Shown: positions 17,187 to 26,038 of the stretch, piece by piece | Numbering within the stretch: position 1 is the first letter of the stretch | Layout: each line of letters begins with the position of its first letter | Virus record (IMG/VR): IMGVR_UViG_3300014501_000003 | Coordinates: 1 to 64,000 of that record | Reading direction: 5' to 3' (one strand) | DNA length: 64,000 nucleotides | Source: a virus | The notes under the pieces: model-generated | The model's database searches: none | What the model saw: only the letters and a program-made list of their open reading frames with translations | Told to the model about the DNA's origin: nothing | Program-made: the position numbers and the translations under genes

Positions 17187-17224
17187 CAAAAGAAAAGCCG
17201 CCCCCGGATTGCTCCGAGGGCGGC
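17187..17224 (-). terminator. Rho-independent terminator
   Basis: On the minus strand: GCCGCCCTCGG-AGCAAT-CCGGGGGCGGC (11 bp, one G.U pair) followed by TTTTCTTTTG, 50 nt after the stop at 17275. Confidence 0.7.
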
Positions 17225-17274
17225 AGGAGGAGAGGCGTGCGTCCGTGCAGGACCGACGCTATCGGATCACACGG

Positions 17275-17670
17275 TCACGCCTTGCATTCCCACTGACCGG
17301 CACCGGCGCCACCGTCCCAGATGCGGGCGGCGACGGCAGACTGTTCGGTCCGCGAGTGTCGCCATGCTTCGTCGGGTGGCGAGCCGCCGTACGCGCTCCA
17401 CGTCGAGTCGATGATCTGATAAAAACCCGACGCCGTGGCACCGTTCGGCGGTTCGTCGATGCCTTTCGACTCGCACATCACGACGGCTTCGGGGATGGCC
17501 CAGCTCGATGCGGCGTGGGCGACGGGCGGGTGCCAGGCGAGATGGTGCGCGCGGCCCTCGGCTCGCATCACCCGCCGGTCGCACCGCTGCCCTCGACAGC
17601 CGGGCTGGTGTGGGAGCTTCTGCGCCTCAGCCGTGAAGGCCGAGGGGAGTACGGCAGCGACGATGAGCAA
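17275..17670 (-). CDS. Secreted Rpf/transglycosylase-like wall hydrolase
   Basis: VVMCESKGIDEPPNGATASGFYQIIDSTWSAYGG resembles an Rpf-type transglycosylase domain. TTG 17670 is the first canonical start; the frame stays open to ATC 17688. Confidence 0.8.
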   Translation of the reverse strand: MLIVAAVLPSAFTAEAQKLPHQPGCRGQRCDRRVMRAEGRAHHLAWHPPVAHAASSWAIPEAVVMCESKGIDEPPNGATASGFYQIIDSTWSAYGGSPPDEAWRHSRTEQSAVAARIWDGGAGAGQWECKA

Positions 17671-17748
17671 CAGCAGTAGGCGTCTGATACACGTTGCCTC
17701 CTCTTACGTTGAGCCAAGGCGTTAGGCCAAGGCAGGACACGCACACGC

Positions 17749-17949
17749 TCATTGAGCGGACTGCGAACCTACCCGCACCGTCGGAGGGATGTCAACCCCC
17801 GACTCCGCTCGCTGCGGCCTTTCCAGGTCGCTCACGTCCACATCATCCGCGGCATGGGAGGGTCCGCAGATGTCGTCCACTCGGCGCTTCAGGTCGGTCC
17901 ACGGGCGCTGCGCGTTGCGCCGGTCCATCTCTCGCTGTCGCCTGTCCAT
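17749..17949 (-). CDS. Hypothetical basic protein, 66 aa
   Basis: Internal ATG 17949 is preceded by AAGGAGG 6 nt upstream. Confidence 0.55.
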   Translation of the reverse strand: MDRRQREMDRRNAQRPWTDLKRRVDDICGPSHAADDVDVSDLERPQRAESGVDIPPTVRVGSQSAQ

Positions 17950-18083
17950 GGTGCCCTCCTTGGCTTTGGTTTGTGTGCCGAGACCGCCGCAGGAGGAGAC
18001 CCGAACGATCTCGGCCTGACCATCATCGACGGTGGTGCGGCGGGCCATGAGGGGGCTCGACGGATGTACTAGCCCGAGAACGA

Positions 18084-18122
18084 CAAGAGCCCCGCCCGAC
18101 CGAAGTCAGTGCGGGGCTCTTG
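18084..18122 (-). terminator. Intrinsic terminator-like hairpin
   Basis: Perfect 12-bp stem CAAGAGCCCCGC / GCGGGGCTCTTG with a 15-nt loop, 39 nt after the stop at 18161. Followed by U-rich UCGUUCU. Confidence 0.6.
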
Positions 18123-18160
18123 TGGACGGCCAGCGGCCAGGAGGGAAGCCGGGATTGTAT

Positions 18161-19006
18161 TCAGATCAGCGCGATGTACTCCTCGAGCACCGCCTCGGAC
18201 GCGCCCTCGTAGTCCTTGCCCGTGACCTTGGAGATTCTGTCGGGCGAGAGGTACGCCCAGCACTCGAACATGCGCCCGGTGCGGAACGCTTCGAGAAGGT
18301 TGATCGGCCGCGACCACGTGACCCCGACAACTTCGCCAGCGGTCGGGTGACCGACCAGCGGGACGCAATGGTCCTCGCCTTCGTTCGCGCCTTCGTTGCC
18401 CCACTGGGCGTGTCCGGCGGGGAGCTTCGCGTCGAAGGTTTCCTCGTTCTCGCTGTTGACCGCGATCCCCGCTGGGCAGGCGTCGAAGTTGCGGATCGCA
18501 AACAGCAGCTCGTTGAGGTTCGACACGTCGACTTTCGCGAAGAGGCCGATCGTGTGGACCGACCCGTTGGCGACCGTGGTCCCGACCTTCGCGTCGTGTT
18601 CGAGACGCGAGCGGATTTCGAGGCCGTTGTCGTTGGCGCCCGTCTCCGGGTCATAGGCCGGTTCGCCCGTGAACTCATAGACCGCGATGTAGAGCTTGAT
18701 CGCCGTTTCCGCATCACCGACGATCGCGTGGGCTTCGGCTGGTGACATGCCCGCATCGACCAGCATGCACTTGAGCTCGTTGATCCGCGCCGCCGCCACG
18801 CAGTTGCCGGCGCCCCGCTGCGCCGCGGCCCAGGTCACGGGCAGCACTTCGCCCGGTACCCGCGGCCCGTTGCCGTTCATGTACCAGTTGGCGTAGGTGT
18901 TGCCGTGCCCCCAGCCGAACGCGGGCTCGACGGTCGGGATCGTGTGGTTCGCGAGCAGGAAGTCCCGGTCGTCCGCCTTGCTCGGGATGCAGCCCTTGAG
19001 GGCCAT
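18161..19006 (-). CDS. Papain-like (C1-type) cysteine peptidase, probable endolysin component, 281 aa
   Basis: AGNCVAAARINE (Cys), EDHCVPLVGH (His) and VTWSRP are in papain order. Adjacent to the holin-like gene. Confidence 0.75.
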   Translation of the reverse strand: MALKGCIPSKADDRDFLLANHTIPTVEPAFGWGHGNTYANWYMNGNGPRVPGEVLPVTWAAAQRGAGNCVAAARINELKCMLVDAGMSPAEAHAIVGDAETAIKLYIAVYEFTGEPAYDPETGANDNGLEIRSRLEHDAKVGTTVANGSVHTIGLFAKVDVSNLNELLFAIRNFDACPAGIAVNSENEETFDAKLPAGHAQWGNEGANEGEDHCVPLVGHPTAGEVVGVTWSRPINLLEAFRTGRMFECWAYLSPDRISKVTGKDYEGASEAVLEEYIALI

Positions 19007-19435
19007 CTACTTCGCCGCGCCTTTCGCCTTCGTGCCCGTGCCCGTTTCGACCTTGCCGGGCGCGGGCGGGGCGTTGTGTATGTGGACCTCCACGGGTGGG
19101 CTCGGCGCGACGGTGCCGAACGACAAGGGCAGGTCGGCCGCCGGGGTGCGCGCCGCCTCGGTGTTCGCTTCGGCGGTGAGGATGGCCGCCCGCGCTGCGA
19201 TCTGTGCTTTCGCTGGTGGCGAGTACTTCCCGAGCAGGATGTGATGCGAGGTCAACCACCCCGAGCCCGTGACGATGACGAACACGCCCAGCTCATCGAG
19301 ATCCGTGGTGGCCGTGGCCGAGGAGATGCCAAAGACGTTCAGGACGCCCTTGGATGCCAGCCATGCCGCACCGGCCCCTGCGATGGCCGGGATGACGGTC
19401 CCGACTAGGAACTGCTTGATCGCTTCGGTGTTCAC
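19007..19435 (-). CDS. Holin-like membrane protein, 142 aa
   Basis: GTG 19435 is preceded by AGGAGG and sits in a GTGA overlap. Two hydrophobic helices and a Pro/Ala/Lys tail. Confidence 0.65.
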   Translation of the reverse strand: MNTEAIKQFLVGTVIPAIAGAGAAWLASKGVLNVFGISSATATTDLDELGVFVIVTGSGWLTSHHILLGKYSPPAKAQIAARAAILTAEANTEAARTPAADLPLSFGTVAPSPPVEVHIHNAPPAPGKVETGTGTKAKGAAK

Positions 19436-20100
19436 GGTGCCTCCTGTCGTTGATGCGTGGCCCAAGCCACAAGATCGGCAATAAAGATCGAGGCAATCGT
19501 AGCCTTGAGAGATATGTCCTCGGTGCTGCGGGCGAGCGCGAGCTGCGCAGCCGCCGGATCGCGGCGATGATAAGCGGCGAGGACCCGCTCGCGCTCACAC
19601 ACGCGACAAGTTCGGCCACCAGTAGGACGCCAGCGAGTATTCGCCTCATCGAACAGGTGCCCGTGGATGCAGTGCGTCAGGGCCGCCCGTTCGCCGCGGC
19701 GGTGGTTCTCTTGGTTGGTCACTGGGTCAAGGTGCGCGGGGTTGACGCAGGCGCGGTTCCGGCACAAGTGGTCGAGCTGGAGGCCGGCGGGAATAGCGCC
19801 CCGGACAAGCTCGAATGCGAAGCGGTGGGCCGAGACTCGATGTTGCCCAGGGTGGAAGTGGCCGTAGCCGTCCTTGTCGGGTGGGCCGCCCCAGACCCAG
19901 CACGGACCCAGCGCGGGACGGTGCGCGGGGACTGGCCCGTTCTTGTCGACCTTGCTCCAGAAGCGTTGCTCGGTCGGAGGTCGACCGAGGATTGCCGTCG
20001 GGTTGCCCGTGCGCTGCCAGCGTGCGTAATGCACACGGCACCATCCCCGGGCCACGCTGGGCGCATCGCACCCGTCAACGCTGCAGGTACCCTTCGCCAC
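19432..20100 (-). CDS. HNH endonuclease, 222 aa
   Basis: LQLDHLCRNRACVNPAHLDPVTNQENHRR, with an N-terminal CxxC. Confidence 0.9.
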   Translation of the reverse strand: MAKGTCSVDGCDAPSVARGWCRVHYARWQRTGNPTAILGRPPTEQRFWSKVDKNGPVPAHRPALGPCWVWGGPPDKDGYGHFHPGQHRVSAHRFAFELVRGAIPAGLQLDHLCRNRACVNPAHLDPVTNQENHRRGERAALTHCIHGHLFDEANTRWRPTGGRTCRVCERERVLAAYHRRDPAAAQLALARSTEDISLKATIASIFIADLVAWATHQRQEAP

Positions 20101-20165
20101 GTCTGCACGCTCCGCTCGTGTAGGCCATGCCCCCGGCTGTTGGCTCAGCGCGGGGGTGCTTTTCA
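20101..20165 (-). repeat. Copy A of a ~65-nt repeat upstream of an HNH gene
   Basis: The 40-nt core 20126..20165 matches 43122..43161 at 38/40, and the flanks are also similar. Contains a GCCCCCG/CGGGGGC hairpin. Confidence 0.8.
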
Positions 20166-20167
20166 GC

Positions 20168-20332
20168 CTATTCTACGGGGTGCGCCTGATGGCGTCGGCA
20201 ACGACCAGACGGCGACAATTCTTGCCTCCAGCACGATTTCACGTTGCAGCTTATGTGCAGCCGTAGCCCGAACACGCCGAGCACCACGACCGCCAGCTCG
20301 ATCACTTCCGTCCAGGTCGCGCAGAACCTCAT
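20168..20332 (-). CDS. Possible small membrane protein, 54 aa
   Basis: ATG 20332 sits in an ATGA overlap. TM segment VIELAVVVLGVFGL. GC3 drops toward the end. Confidence 0.4.
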   Translation of the reverse strand: MRFCATWTEVIELAVVVLGVFGLRLHISCNVKSCWRQELSPSGRCRRHQAHPVE

Positions 20333-20757
20333 GCGGGCTCGGGGAACGAGATACCAGCGGCGCGCAGGGCACCTTCCAGCACCGTGAGCCGTGCGCGCAG
20401 CAGGGCGGATTCGTCGGGCAGCAGGCGCTTGCAGACGTGCGTCCAGAAACGGGTTCCGACGTAGGAGGTTCCCATGATGACCGCGATCGTCGCGAGCGAC
20501 AGTAGCGTCCAGCCGTGGAGCACGATCTGGCCGACGCCGAACAGGGTCGTGAGGATGACCGCCGCGTCGTTGCCCGCGTCGAGCAGGCCCGCGAGGTGTC
20601 CGCGGCCACGGTTCTCGGCGACCGTCATCAGCACACCAGTCGCGTCCTTCGCGGCCATGCTCAGACAGGCCCACAGCAGGACCACGGGGGTACCGATGCC
20701 GACCGCGCTCGCCACGAGCATCGTGTGGGCGACGAGCTGCTGCTGGAGCGGGCTCAC
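20329..20757 (-). CDS. Polytopic membrane protein (about 4 TM), 142 aa
   Basis: Track ORF with four hydrophobic segments. Confidence 0.7.
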   Translation of the reverse strand: MSPLQQQLVAHTMLVASAVGIGTPVVLLWACLSMAAKDATGVLMTVAENRGRGHLAGLLDAGNDAAVILTTLFGVGQIVLHGWTLLSLATIAVIMGTSYVGTRFWTHVCKRLLPDESALLRARLTVLEGALRAAGISFPEPA

Positions 20758-21089
20758 GCGCCCGACTGCTCATGGTGGCGCGCAATGTCCTCGGCGGTGA
20801 TCCCCGAGCCCTTCTCCTGCGCGTGGGGGTGGTGCCGGCGGCAGGCGCGGTGTCCGGTGCCCGCGACGGGATGCCCGATGCGATGGCACGGCCTGGGCGC
20901 TTCGACGTGGCATTCCAGATGCTTGCGGGTGCGCCAGAAGGCGACAGCGACCCCGGTGATGAGCGTGAGCTCGCCGAGGTCGGAGCCGATGCCCGACCAG
21001 AAGTTGTAGGAACGACAGCGGGCGACTTCATGGGCGGTCCCCGCGCACTGGCCCAACGGATGCCAGAACATCGACAGGAACGCGAGCAT
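20754..21089 (-). CDS. Cys/His-rich membrane protein, 111 aa
   Basis: ATG 21089 lies in a TGATG junction. Confidence 0.6.
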   Translation of the reverse strand: MLAFLSMFWHPLGQCAGTAHEVARCRSYNFWSGIGSDLGELTLITGVAVAFWRTRKHLECHVEAPRPCHRIGHPVAGTGHRACRRHHPHAQEKGSGITAEDIARHHEQSGA

Positions 21090-21478
21090 CAGACGTGCCC
21101 GGTGGAAAGCAGCGCCGAGAGTACGGCAGCGAGGATGATCGCGGCGATAGCACCGACCGCGAGCCACAGGTCCCGGCGGGATGCCGCAGTCTTCGCCAGC
21201 GCGGAGGCGACCGTCTCGCCCGTCTCGATCTTCCCCTTCACATCCAAGACGCCCTGTTTGACACCCGCCAGCTCCCGGTTGGTTGCCTCCTGGGCCCGGG
21301 CTGAGCGCTCGATGCTGCCGTTGAGGGCCTTGAAGTGCCGGTCGTGATCGTCAAGGCGCCCGTCTACCTCCTGCTCCCGGCGCCCCCGCTTGTATGCGCG
21401 CTCGACCGCACGGTCTGCTTGGTGAGAAGCGAGGTCGGTGGCCTTGGCCTCGCGCTCCTGGTCGGTCTCGGGTACCAA
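21089..21478 (-). CDS. Coiled-coil protein with a C-terminal TM anchor, 129 aa
   Basis: Track ORF. C-terminus LWLAVGAIAAIILAAVLSALL. Confidence 0.7.
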   Translation of the reverse strand: MVPETDQEREAKATDLASHQADRAVERAYKRGRREQEVDGRLDDHDRHFKALNGSIERSARAQEATNRELAGVKQGVLDVKGKIETGETVASALAKTAASRRDLWLAVGAIAAIILAAVLSALLSTGHV

Positions 21479-21489
21479 GATAGCTCCCC

Positions 21490-22077
21490 TCAGCCGTGCA
21501 GGATCAGGGCGACGATGGTGGAGATAACGGCTGCCAGGAGGATGACGCTCACGCCCGCTATGCCGATCATCGACGCGGTGATCTCTGCGCCGCGCCGCTG
21601 GGCGCCGATGTTCTGATTCGAGCGGTCCTGGAGGGTACGCAAGTTCTCCGGCCCCACGTCGATACGGCTGCGCAGGTCGCTCAGATCCTTGGTCAACTGA
21701 TCGGTGGTGACCTTGGCCGCCGTGAGGGCCGTAGCCGTTTCGTCCTTCACCGTCCCAAGGGACTTGTCCAGTTCGGTGCGCGTGGCCACCTCGCCCTTGA
21801 GGAGGTCTAGTGCCTCGCGGAAATCCTTGTTCTCCACGAACCGCAGCGCCACGGCATCTTCAAACAGGATCTGGGCCGTGTTGCGTTGATCCTGAGCCGT
21901 GACCAACTCGCCCCGAAGGGCGGTCAGGTTTTCGGTGAGCCGCGTAACCTGCGTCGCCGACTCCTCGTCGAGGCGCCGGATCTCGCCTTGCCACAGCTCC
22001 TTCTGTGCCGCCAGCTCGCGGTCGTGCATCTCCCGGAGCTGGTCGGGCGTCCAGCTAACTCCTCCGTTTCCGGACAT
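21490..22077 (-). CDS. Coiled-coil protein with a C-terminal TM anchor, 195 aa
   Basis: Track ORF. Long heptad region, C-terminus [23 protein letters not shown]. Confidence 0.75.
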   Translation of the reverse strand: MSGNGGVSWTPDQLREMHDRELAAQKELWQGEIRRLDEESATQVTRLTENLTALRGELVTAQDQRNTAQILFEDAVALRFVENKDFREALDLLKGEVATRTELDKSLGTVKDETATALTAAKVTTDQLTKDLSDLRSRIDVGPENLRTLQDRSNQNIGAQRRGAEITASMIGIAGVSVILLAAVISTIVALILHG

Positions 22078-23383
22078 CGGACCTCCTTGTCAGCGCCGCA
22101 GACGGGGAACGGCGAACAGCAGAACGATCACGGCCACCAAGATCAGCAACAGCGGCGAGAGCGCCACGGTTCCCCGCGAACGAGCCGATCTCGGTCAGGG
22201 CTGGGCTACCGACGGCGCTTGAGCCTTCACCGGAGACGACGCCCCAGTTACCGGAGTCGTTGTGCGACTGGTACCACCATATCCCGGCGACGTAGGGCAG
22301 GCCCGTGAACTCCCCGTAGGCTTCCTTGATGTCCTGCACACGCACGGTTTCAGTCGGGGCCGACGTGTTGGGGCCGTTCAGTTCGATCCCGTACTCGGTC
22401 AGGTAGTAGGTCGCGTGGGCGAAGCCCTCGGACACCGCATAGGCGTGCTGTTCTTCGAGGCCCCTTGGCCCTTCCCAGCCGTTGCGGCTTTCATGGGCGA
22501 AGCCGTATGGGTGGTCGGAGAAGGCATCGACGAGCGTCGTCAGCTTGGGCTCGGCCGTCACGGCTTCTTTCGTCCAGGTGTTGCTCCCGCCGTCGAAGAT
22601 CAGCGTGACGTGCTCGGCCGCTGCGGCTTCGTGGAGCGACACGTACATTTCCGCGTACTTCGCCCCGTTCTGAGAGCCGCCCTTGAGGTACATCTCGTTG
22701 CCGACTTCCAGCAGCGTGTAGCCGTCGCCCGCGAGCGTCTTTACTTCCGCCAGGGCCGAGGATGTCCACGAGGCGAGGTTCACCCCGGATAGCGGCGAGC
22801 CATCGCTGGTGTTGCCGACTATCGCTGTGGACGTGGCCGGGTTCCCACCATCGGCAGCGATCCACGTTGCCTGCCCCGTGCCTTCGATCCGGCCCGAGTG
22901 GATGCCGGCGGCCTCTAGCACTTTCGCGGTGCCCGGACCCCAGCCGACGAAGTCGTTGGAGCCGATGATGACGGGCCCGGCGGTGCCCGTCGATCCAGTG
23001 GTGCCTGTGGTCCCGGTCGTGCCCGTCGAGCCCGTCGATCCAGTCGTGCCTGTGCTGCCTGTGGAGCCTGTCGTGCCCGTTGGTCCTGTGGAGGTGGTTG
23101 AGCCCGTCGTGCCGCCCGCGCCCGTTGGACCCGTCGCGCCCGTGACACCGCGAGGCCCAGTCGCCCCCGTAGCGCCAACCGGCCCAGTCGCGCCAGTAGC
23201 GCCAACCGGACCCGTGGGACCCGTCGGCCCCGCCGTTCCTCCGCCCGGTGCGCAGGTGACATGCACTTCGGTCGTGCCTGTAACGGTGCAGCCTTCGAGG
23301 GTGATCGTGACGGATGCGGCCTGCGCGCTCGATGCGAACAGGCCCAATGCTAGGAGTGCGATGAGGATTGAGACGCTGCGCAT
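22055..23383 (-). CDS. Secreted collagen-like repeat protein with a clan GH-A glycoside hydrolase domain, 442 aa
   Basis: AAGGAGG precedes ATG 23383. Signal peptide ends SSAQA-A. About 30 GXY triplets. LLEVGNEMY and YLTEYG resemble the GH-A acid/base and nucleophile motifs. Confidence 0.85.
   Translation of the reverse strand: MRSVSILIALLALGLFASSAQAASVTITLEGCTVTGTTEVHVTCAPGGGTAGPTGPTGPVGATGATGPVGATGATGPRGVTGATGPTGAGGTTGSTTSTGPTGTTGSTGSTGTTGSTGSTGTTGTTGTTGSTGTAGPVIIGSNDFVGWGPGTAKVLEAAGIHSGRIEGTGQATWIAADGGNPATSTAIVGNTSDGSPLSGVNLASWTSSALAEVKTLAGDGYTLLEVGNEMYLKGGSQNGAKYAEMYVSLHEAAAAEHVTLIFDGGSNTWTKEAVTAEPKLTTLVDAFSDHPYGFAHESRNGWEGPRGLEEQHAYAVSEGFAHATYYLTEYGIELNGPNTSAPTETVRVQDIKEAYGEFTGLPYVAGIWWYQSHNDSGNWGVVSGEGSSAVGSPALTEIGSFAGNRGALAAVADLGGRDRSAVRRSPSAALTRRSDVRKRRS
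22973..23245 (-). repeat. Collagen-like GXY coding repeat
   Basis: 9-nt periodic GGN-NCN-NNN runs encode [16 protein letters not shown]...[10 protein letters not shown]. Confidence 0.9.
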
Positions 23384-23429
23384 GGGCAGCCTCCTTCTCT
23401 TATGCGATCCTTCGCGGTTTAGAGCGCGG

Positions 23430-23891
23430 TCACGGGTGCCGCGCGTTGAACGCGGCCACCCAATCCGGCGATGCCGTGAACCACCCGACGGTGGTCCCGG
23501 GCACCTGCGCCGCCCACAGGCGAACGGGGCGGCCGGGCAGCGTGAACATGAGGAAGCAATGGTGGATCGCGGGCGTGTCGAGCACGCGCACCGAAACGTA
23601 CTGGCCGACCCCGGGCTCGCCGTAGGTCTCAAGCTCCTCCGTGTCGAGCGCTTCCTGGTGGCCGAGCACGCCAGCGCGCCAGAGGACCGCGGAGACCGCG
23701 CTCGAGCACGCGTAGCCCGGCTCTGAGGGTTCGAGCGGCGAGACCTTCTGCGGCGGGTTCGTCGGCGGGAGTTCCCTCCCGTCGAGCGGTCCGACCCCGT
23801 AGCCCCCGTAGTAGCGGTAGGGCAGGTGCAGCCCTGAGAGGTGTTCGGCCCAGCTTTCCGCCCACTCGGCCTGCTGGAGGGTCATGGTCAT
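23430..23891 (-). CDS. NlpC/P60- or CHAP-like peptidase candidate, 153 aa
   Basis: ATG 23891 sits in an ATGA overlap. [13 protein letters not shown] (Cys) and AIHHCFLMF (His). Confidence 0.6.
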   Translation of the reverse strand: MTMTLQQAEWAESWAEHLSGLHLPYRYYGGYGVGPLDGRELPPTNPPQKVSPLEPSEPGYACSSAVSAVLWRAGVLGHQEALDTEELETYGEPGVGQYVSVRVLDTPAIHHCFLMFTLPGRPVRLWAAQVPGTTVGWFTASPDWVAAFNARHP

Positions 23892-24820
23892 GCGAGGTCC
23901 CTTCTCAGCTTGGCGATCTGCGCGTCCTCGACGCGTCCGTGCGCGCTCACTCGGTTGCCGGCGGCCTTCCAGCCCCGGCATTTCGGGCCAGCGCGGTGCG
24001 CCTTCAGGGCCGGATAGCAGTCGTGGCTCGCCAGTTTCGTGCGGAGGTGGACGATCTGCCGGCGCAGCGCGGCCAGCTCCCGCTCGTGGCCGGCAAGCTG
24101 AGCCTCAAGCTGAGCGTGAGTCGGCGCGGGCGCCGGCCGTTCCACCACCTGCAGCAGCTCCCCCTCGCGCACCCGCCGGTCATACAGCCCCTGGAGGAAC
24201 GAGCCCCCGGCGTAGGAGTAGCGGCGGATGTAGATTGCGGCCGAGTACCACGCGTGAGCGCGCACGAGCGAGGCCAGCGTGCAGCAGATGTCCCCGGGGC
24301 CGACGTTCCAGGCCAGGTCCCCGAGGGCGTCGACCTGCTTGTGGGAGAGGTTGACGCCGAGGCGCCGCACCGGGGCGAGGTACTGCGTGTCCATCAGGTA
24401 GCGGAGGTTCGCGAGCGCCTGGGCTTTCGTGATGCAGCGCCCGCCGAAGTTGCCCGACCAGTCGGTTTCCCCATAGCCCCGTGTCCAGACGTGGCCGTAG
24501 GGATCCCAATACGGGCAGTAGACCCGTTCGGGCACGTTCTCGAAGCCGCCGGTGAGTTCGGCGCCGAAGGTATCGAGTTGGATCTGCCCGCCGATCAGCG
24601 TCAACGGCGGCGTGCCGGCGACGTAGCGGCTCATATCCTTGCCGCGCGCGCCCTCCGGGACGATCGCCGAGCATGGGGGGCCTGCTTGCTGGCAGGCCGC
24701 CGGAGCGAGGTTTAGCGTGCCCGCCGGCCGAGGAGGAGACGGCGCGCTGGGAGGAGACGCGCCACAGCCGACGAGCACGATGGATGCCGCGAGGGCGGCG
24801 AAGATCGACAGGCGCTTCAT
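23888..24820 (-). CDS. Lipoprotein GH24-type lysozyme with a coiled-coil tail, 310 aa
   Basis: Lipobox LVGC. GGFENVPERVYCPYWDPYGHVWTRGYGET fits the E...D...T pattern of phage lysozymes. Confidence 0.8.
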   Translation of the reverse strand: MKRLSIFAALAASIVLVGCGASPPSAPSPPRPAGTLNLAPAACQQAGPPCSAIVPEGARGKDMSRYVAGTPPLTLIGGQIQLDTFGAELTGGFENVPERVYCPYWDPYGHVWTRGYGETDWSGNFGGRCITKAQALANLRYLMDTQYLAPVRRLGVNLSHKQVDALGDLAWNVGPGDICCTLASLVRAHAWYSAAIYIRRYSYAGGSFLQGLYDRRVREGELLQVVERPAPAPTHAQLEAQLAGHERELAALRRQIVHLRTKLASHDCYPALKAHRAGPKCRGWKAAGNRVSAHGRVEDAQIAKLRRDLA

Positions 24821-25005
24821 GCTCGTGCCCCCTTGCGAATCGTGCCGTACTCGTCACGCTCATATGGGCGATCGTCGCGGGAGTGCGTCGCGGCGCGCAC
24901 GGTCAGCGGGCGGCGCTTCTGCCAGCCCTGCTCATCGCGCGAAGCCTGCGTGGCCGACTGCCGATGGCGCACCCGTGGCACGCCGTAGTTCGCTGGCTTC
25001 GGCAT
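24817..25005 (-). CDS. Small basic protein, 62 aa
   Basis: ATG 25005 is preceded by GAGAGGGGGG. Its stop overlaps the lysozyme ATG. Confidence 0.5.
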   Translation of the reverse strand: MPKPANYGVPRVRHRQSATQASRDEQGWQKRRPLTVRAATHSRDDRPYERDEYGTIRKGARA

Positions 25006-25027
25006 CGTGACCCCCCTCTCGGCGGTA

Positions 25028-25061
25028 GTCGCCCCCGCTCCATCCAGAGAACGGGGGCGAC
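25028..25061 (-). terminator. Strong GC hairpin (terminator or processing site)
   Basis: Perfect 10-bp stem GTCGCCCCCG / CGGGGGCGAC with a 14-nt loop, 19 nt after the stop at 25080. No U-tract. Confidence 0.45.
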
Positions 25062-25079
25062 CGCCAGCTCTACTCAGTG

Positions 25080-25652
25080 CTACGCGGTCGGGACCGCCAC
25101 TCCGGTGAAGACCGTCCAGACGCCTGCCTGTTCGCCGGTCGGCGCGCCGCCCACGGCGTCCGCGTCGAAGTACCACAGCGGGACCGCGGGGACTTCTGCC
25201 ACGGCGGGGACAGCCGGGACTTCGGCGGCGCCGGTTTCCGGGTCGGCCGGGACCGCCGGCACTTCAGCGACGGCCGGGACGGCGGGGACCTCGAAGCCCG
25301 AGGCCGTCCAGCCTTCTGTCGAGCCTTCGACGTCGTGGACGTAGACCGGCTTGTCGGGCGCAGCCGAGGGCTTGCCCGGGTCCTCGCCTTTCACGGCCGT
25401 GTCGGCTGCGTCGACGTCCAGGGCCAGCGCGTCGACCGCGTCCTTGATCGGGCCGAGGTCAGCGGCGGTGATCGTGCCGCCCGCGGCCTCCTTGGCGATC
25501 AGATCGGCGATCGTCTGGTTCGTGTCGGAGGCGAAGGTGTTGAAAGCGGTGCTGAGGGTGGTGACGGCCTCTTGGAGTTCCGCCACAGTCGCTTCGGTCA
25601 TCGTCTGTCTCTTTTCTAGCGCCGCGAAGCGCTTCTCGTGGTCAAAGGCCAT
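25080..25652 (-). CDS. Hypothetical protein with EVPAVPAV repeats, 190 aa
   Basis: Track ORF. Coiled-coil N-terminus and a repeated AEVPAVPAV motif. Confidence 0.75.
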   Translation of the reverse strand: MAFDHEKRFAALEKRQTMTEATVAELQEAVTTLSTAFNTFASDTNQTIADLIAKEAAGGTITAADLGPIKDAVDALALDVDAADTAVKGEDPGKPSAAPDKPVYVHDVEGSTEGWTASGFEVPAVPAVAEVPAVPADPETGAAEVPAVPAVAEVPAVPLWYFDADAVGGAPTGEQAGVWTVFTGVAVPTA

Positions 25653-25688
25653 CGGTGTTCAGGCTATCAGTGGTGCGAAGCTAAGGCT

Positions 25689-25985
25689 ATGGATCAGGTT
25701 GAGCTTCACGTCTGCTTCCACTGTGGCGGGGAGTTGGTCTACCCGCTCGACTGGTCGGAGGAGGGTCGGAGCTGGCGCATCACGCTTCGCTGCCCCGAGT
25801 GCGAGTCCGAACGCGAAGGCGTGTTTACGGCGCGGGAGGTGGAACGCTTCGATGACGAGCTGGACCGCGGCTCGCATGCGCTGCGCAGCGACCTGGACCG
25901 GATGACGCGCGTGAACATGAGCGAGGAGATCGAGCGCTTCGAGGAGGCGCTGGACGCGGGCTGGATCACGCCCGAGGACTTCTGA
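25689..25985 (+). CDS. Zinc-ribbon protein, 98 aa
   Basis: ATG 25689 follows AAGG. CFHCGG ... CPEC. Confidence 0.65.
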   Translation: MDQVELHVCFHCGGELVYPLDWSEEGRSWRITLRCPECESEREGVFTAREVERFDDELDRGSHALRSDLDRMTRVNMSEEIERFEEALDAGWITPEDF

Positions 25986-26009
25986 GGCGGTTGCCCGCAC
26001 AAGGAAATG

Positions 26010-26038
26010 TTGACAAGTTGACGGGGCGGGTGTAGTGT
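26010..26038 (+). promoter_or_regulatory. Near-consensus promoter facing the plus-strand island
   Basis: TTGACA (26010..26015), a 17-nt spacer, then TAGTGT (26033..26038). A second TTGACG overlaps at 26018. Confidence 0.55.

Noticed and set aside
20168-21031. 287-aa minus-strand ORF
   Set aside because: Arg/Pro/Ala-rich and overlaps two convincing membrane-protein genes in another frame. Only its last 54 codons (20168..20332) were kept as a possible small gene.
22973-23245. Tandem short repeats considered as a CRISPR-like or satellite array
   Set aside because: The periodicity is 9 nt, it lies inside an ORF and it translates to GXY collagen triplets. There is no repeat-spacer structure.
22809-23726. 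305-aa plus-strand ORF rich in PV repeats
   Set aside because: Mirror image of the collagen-like GXY repeat on the minus strand. The minus-strand gene has an SD, a signal peptide and enzyme motifs.
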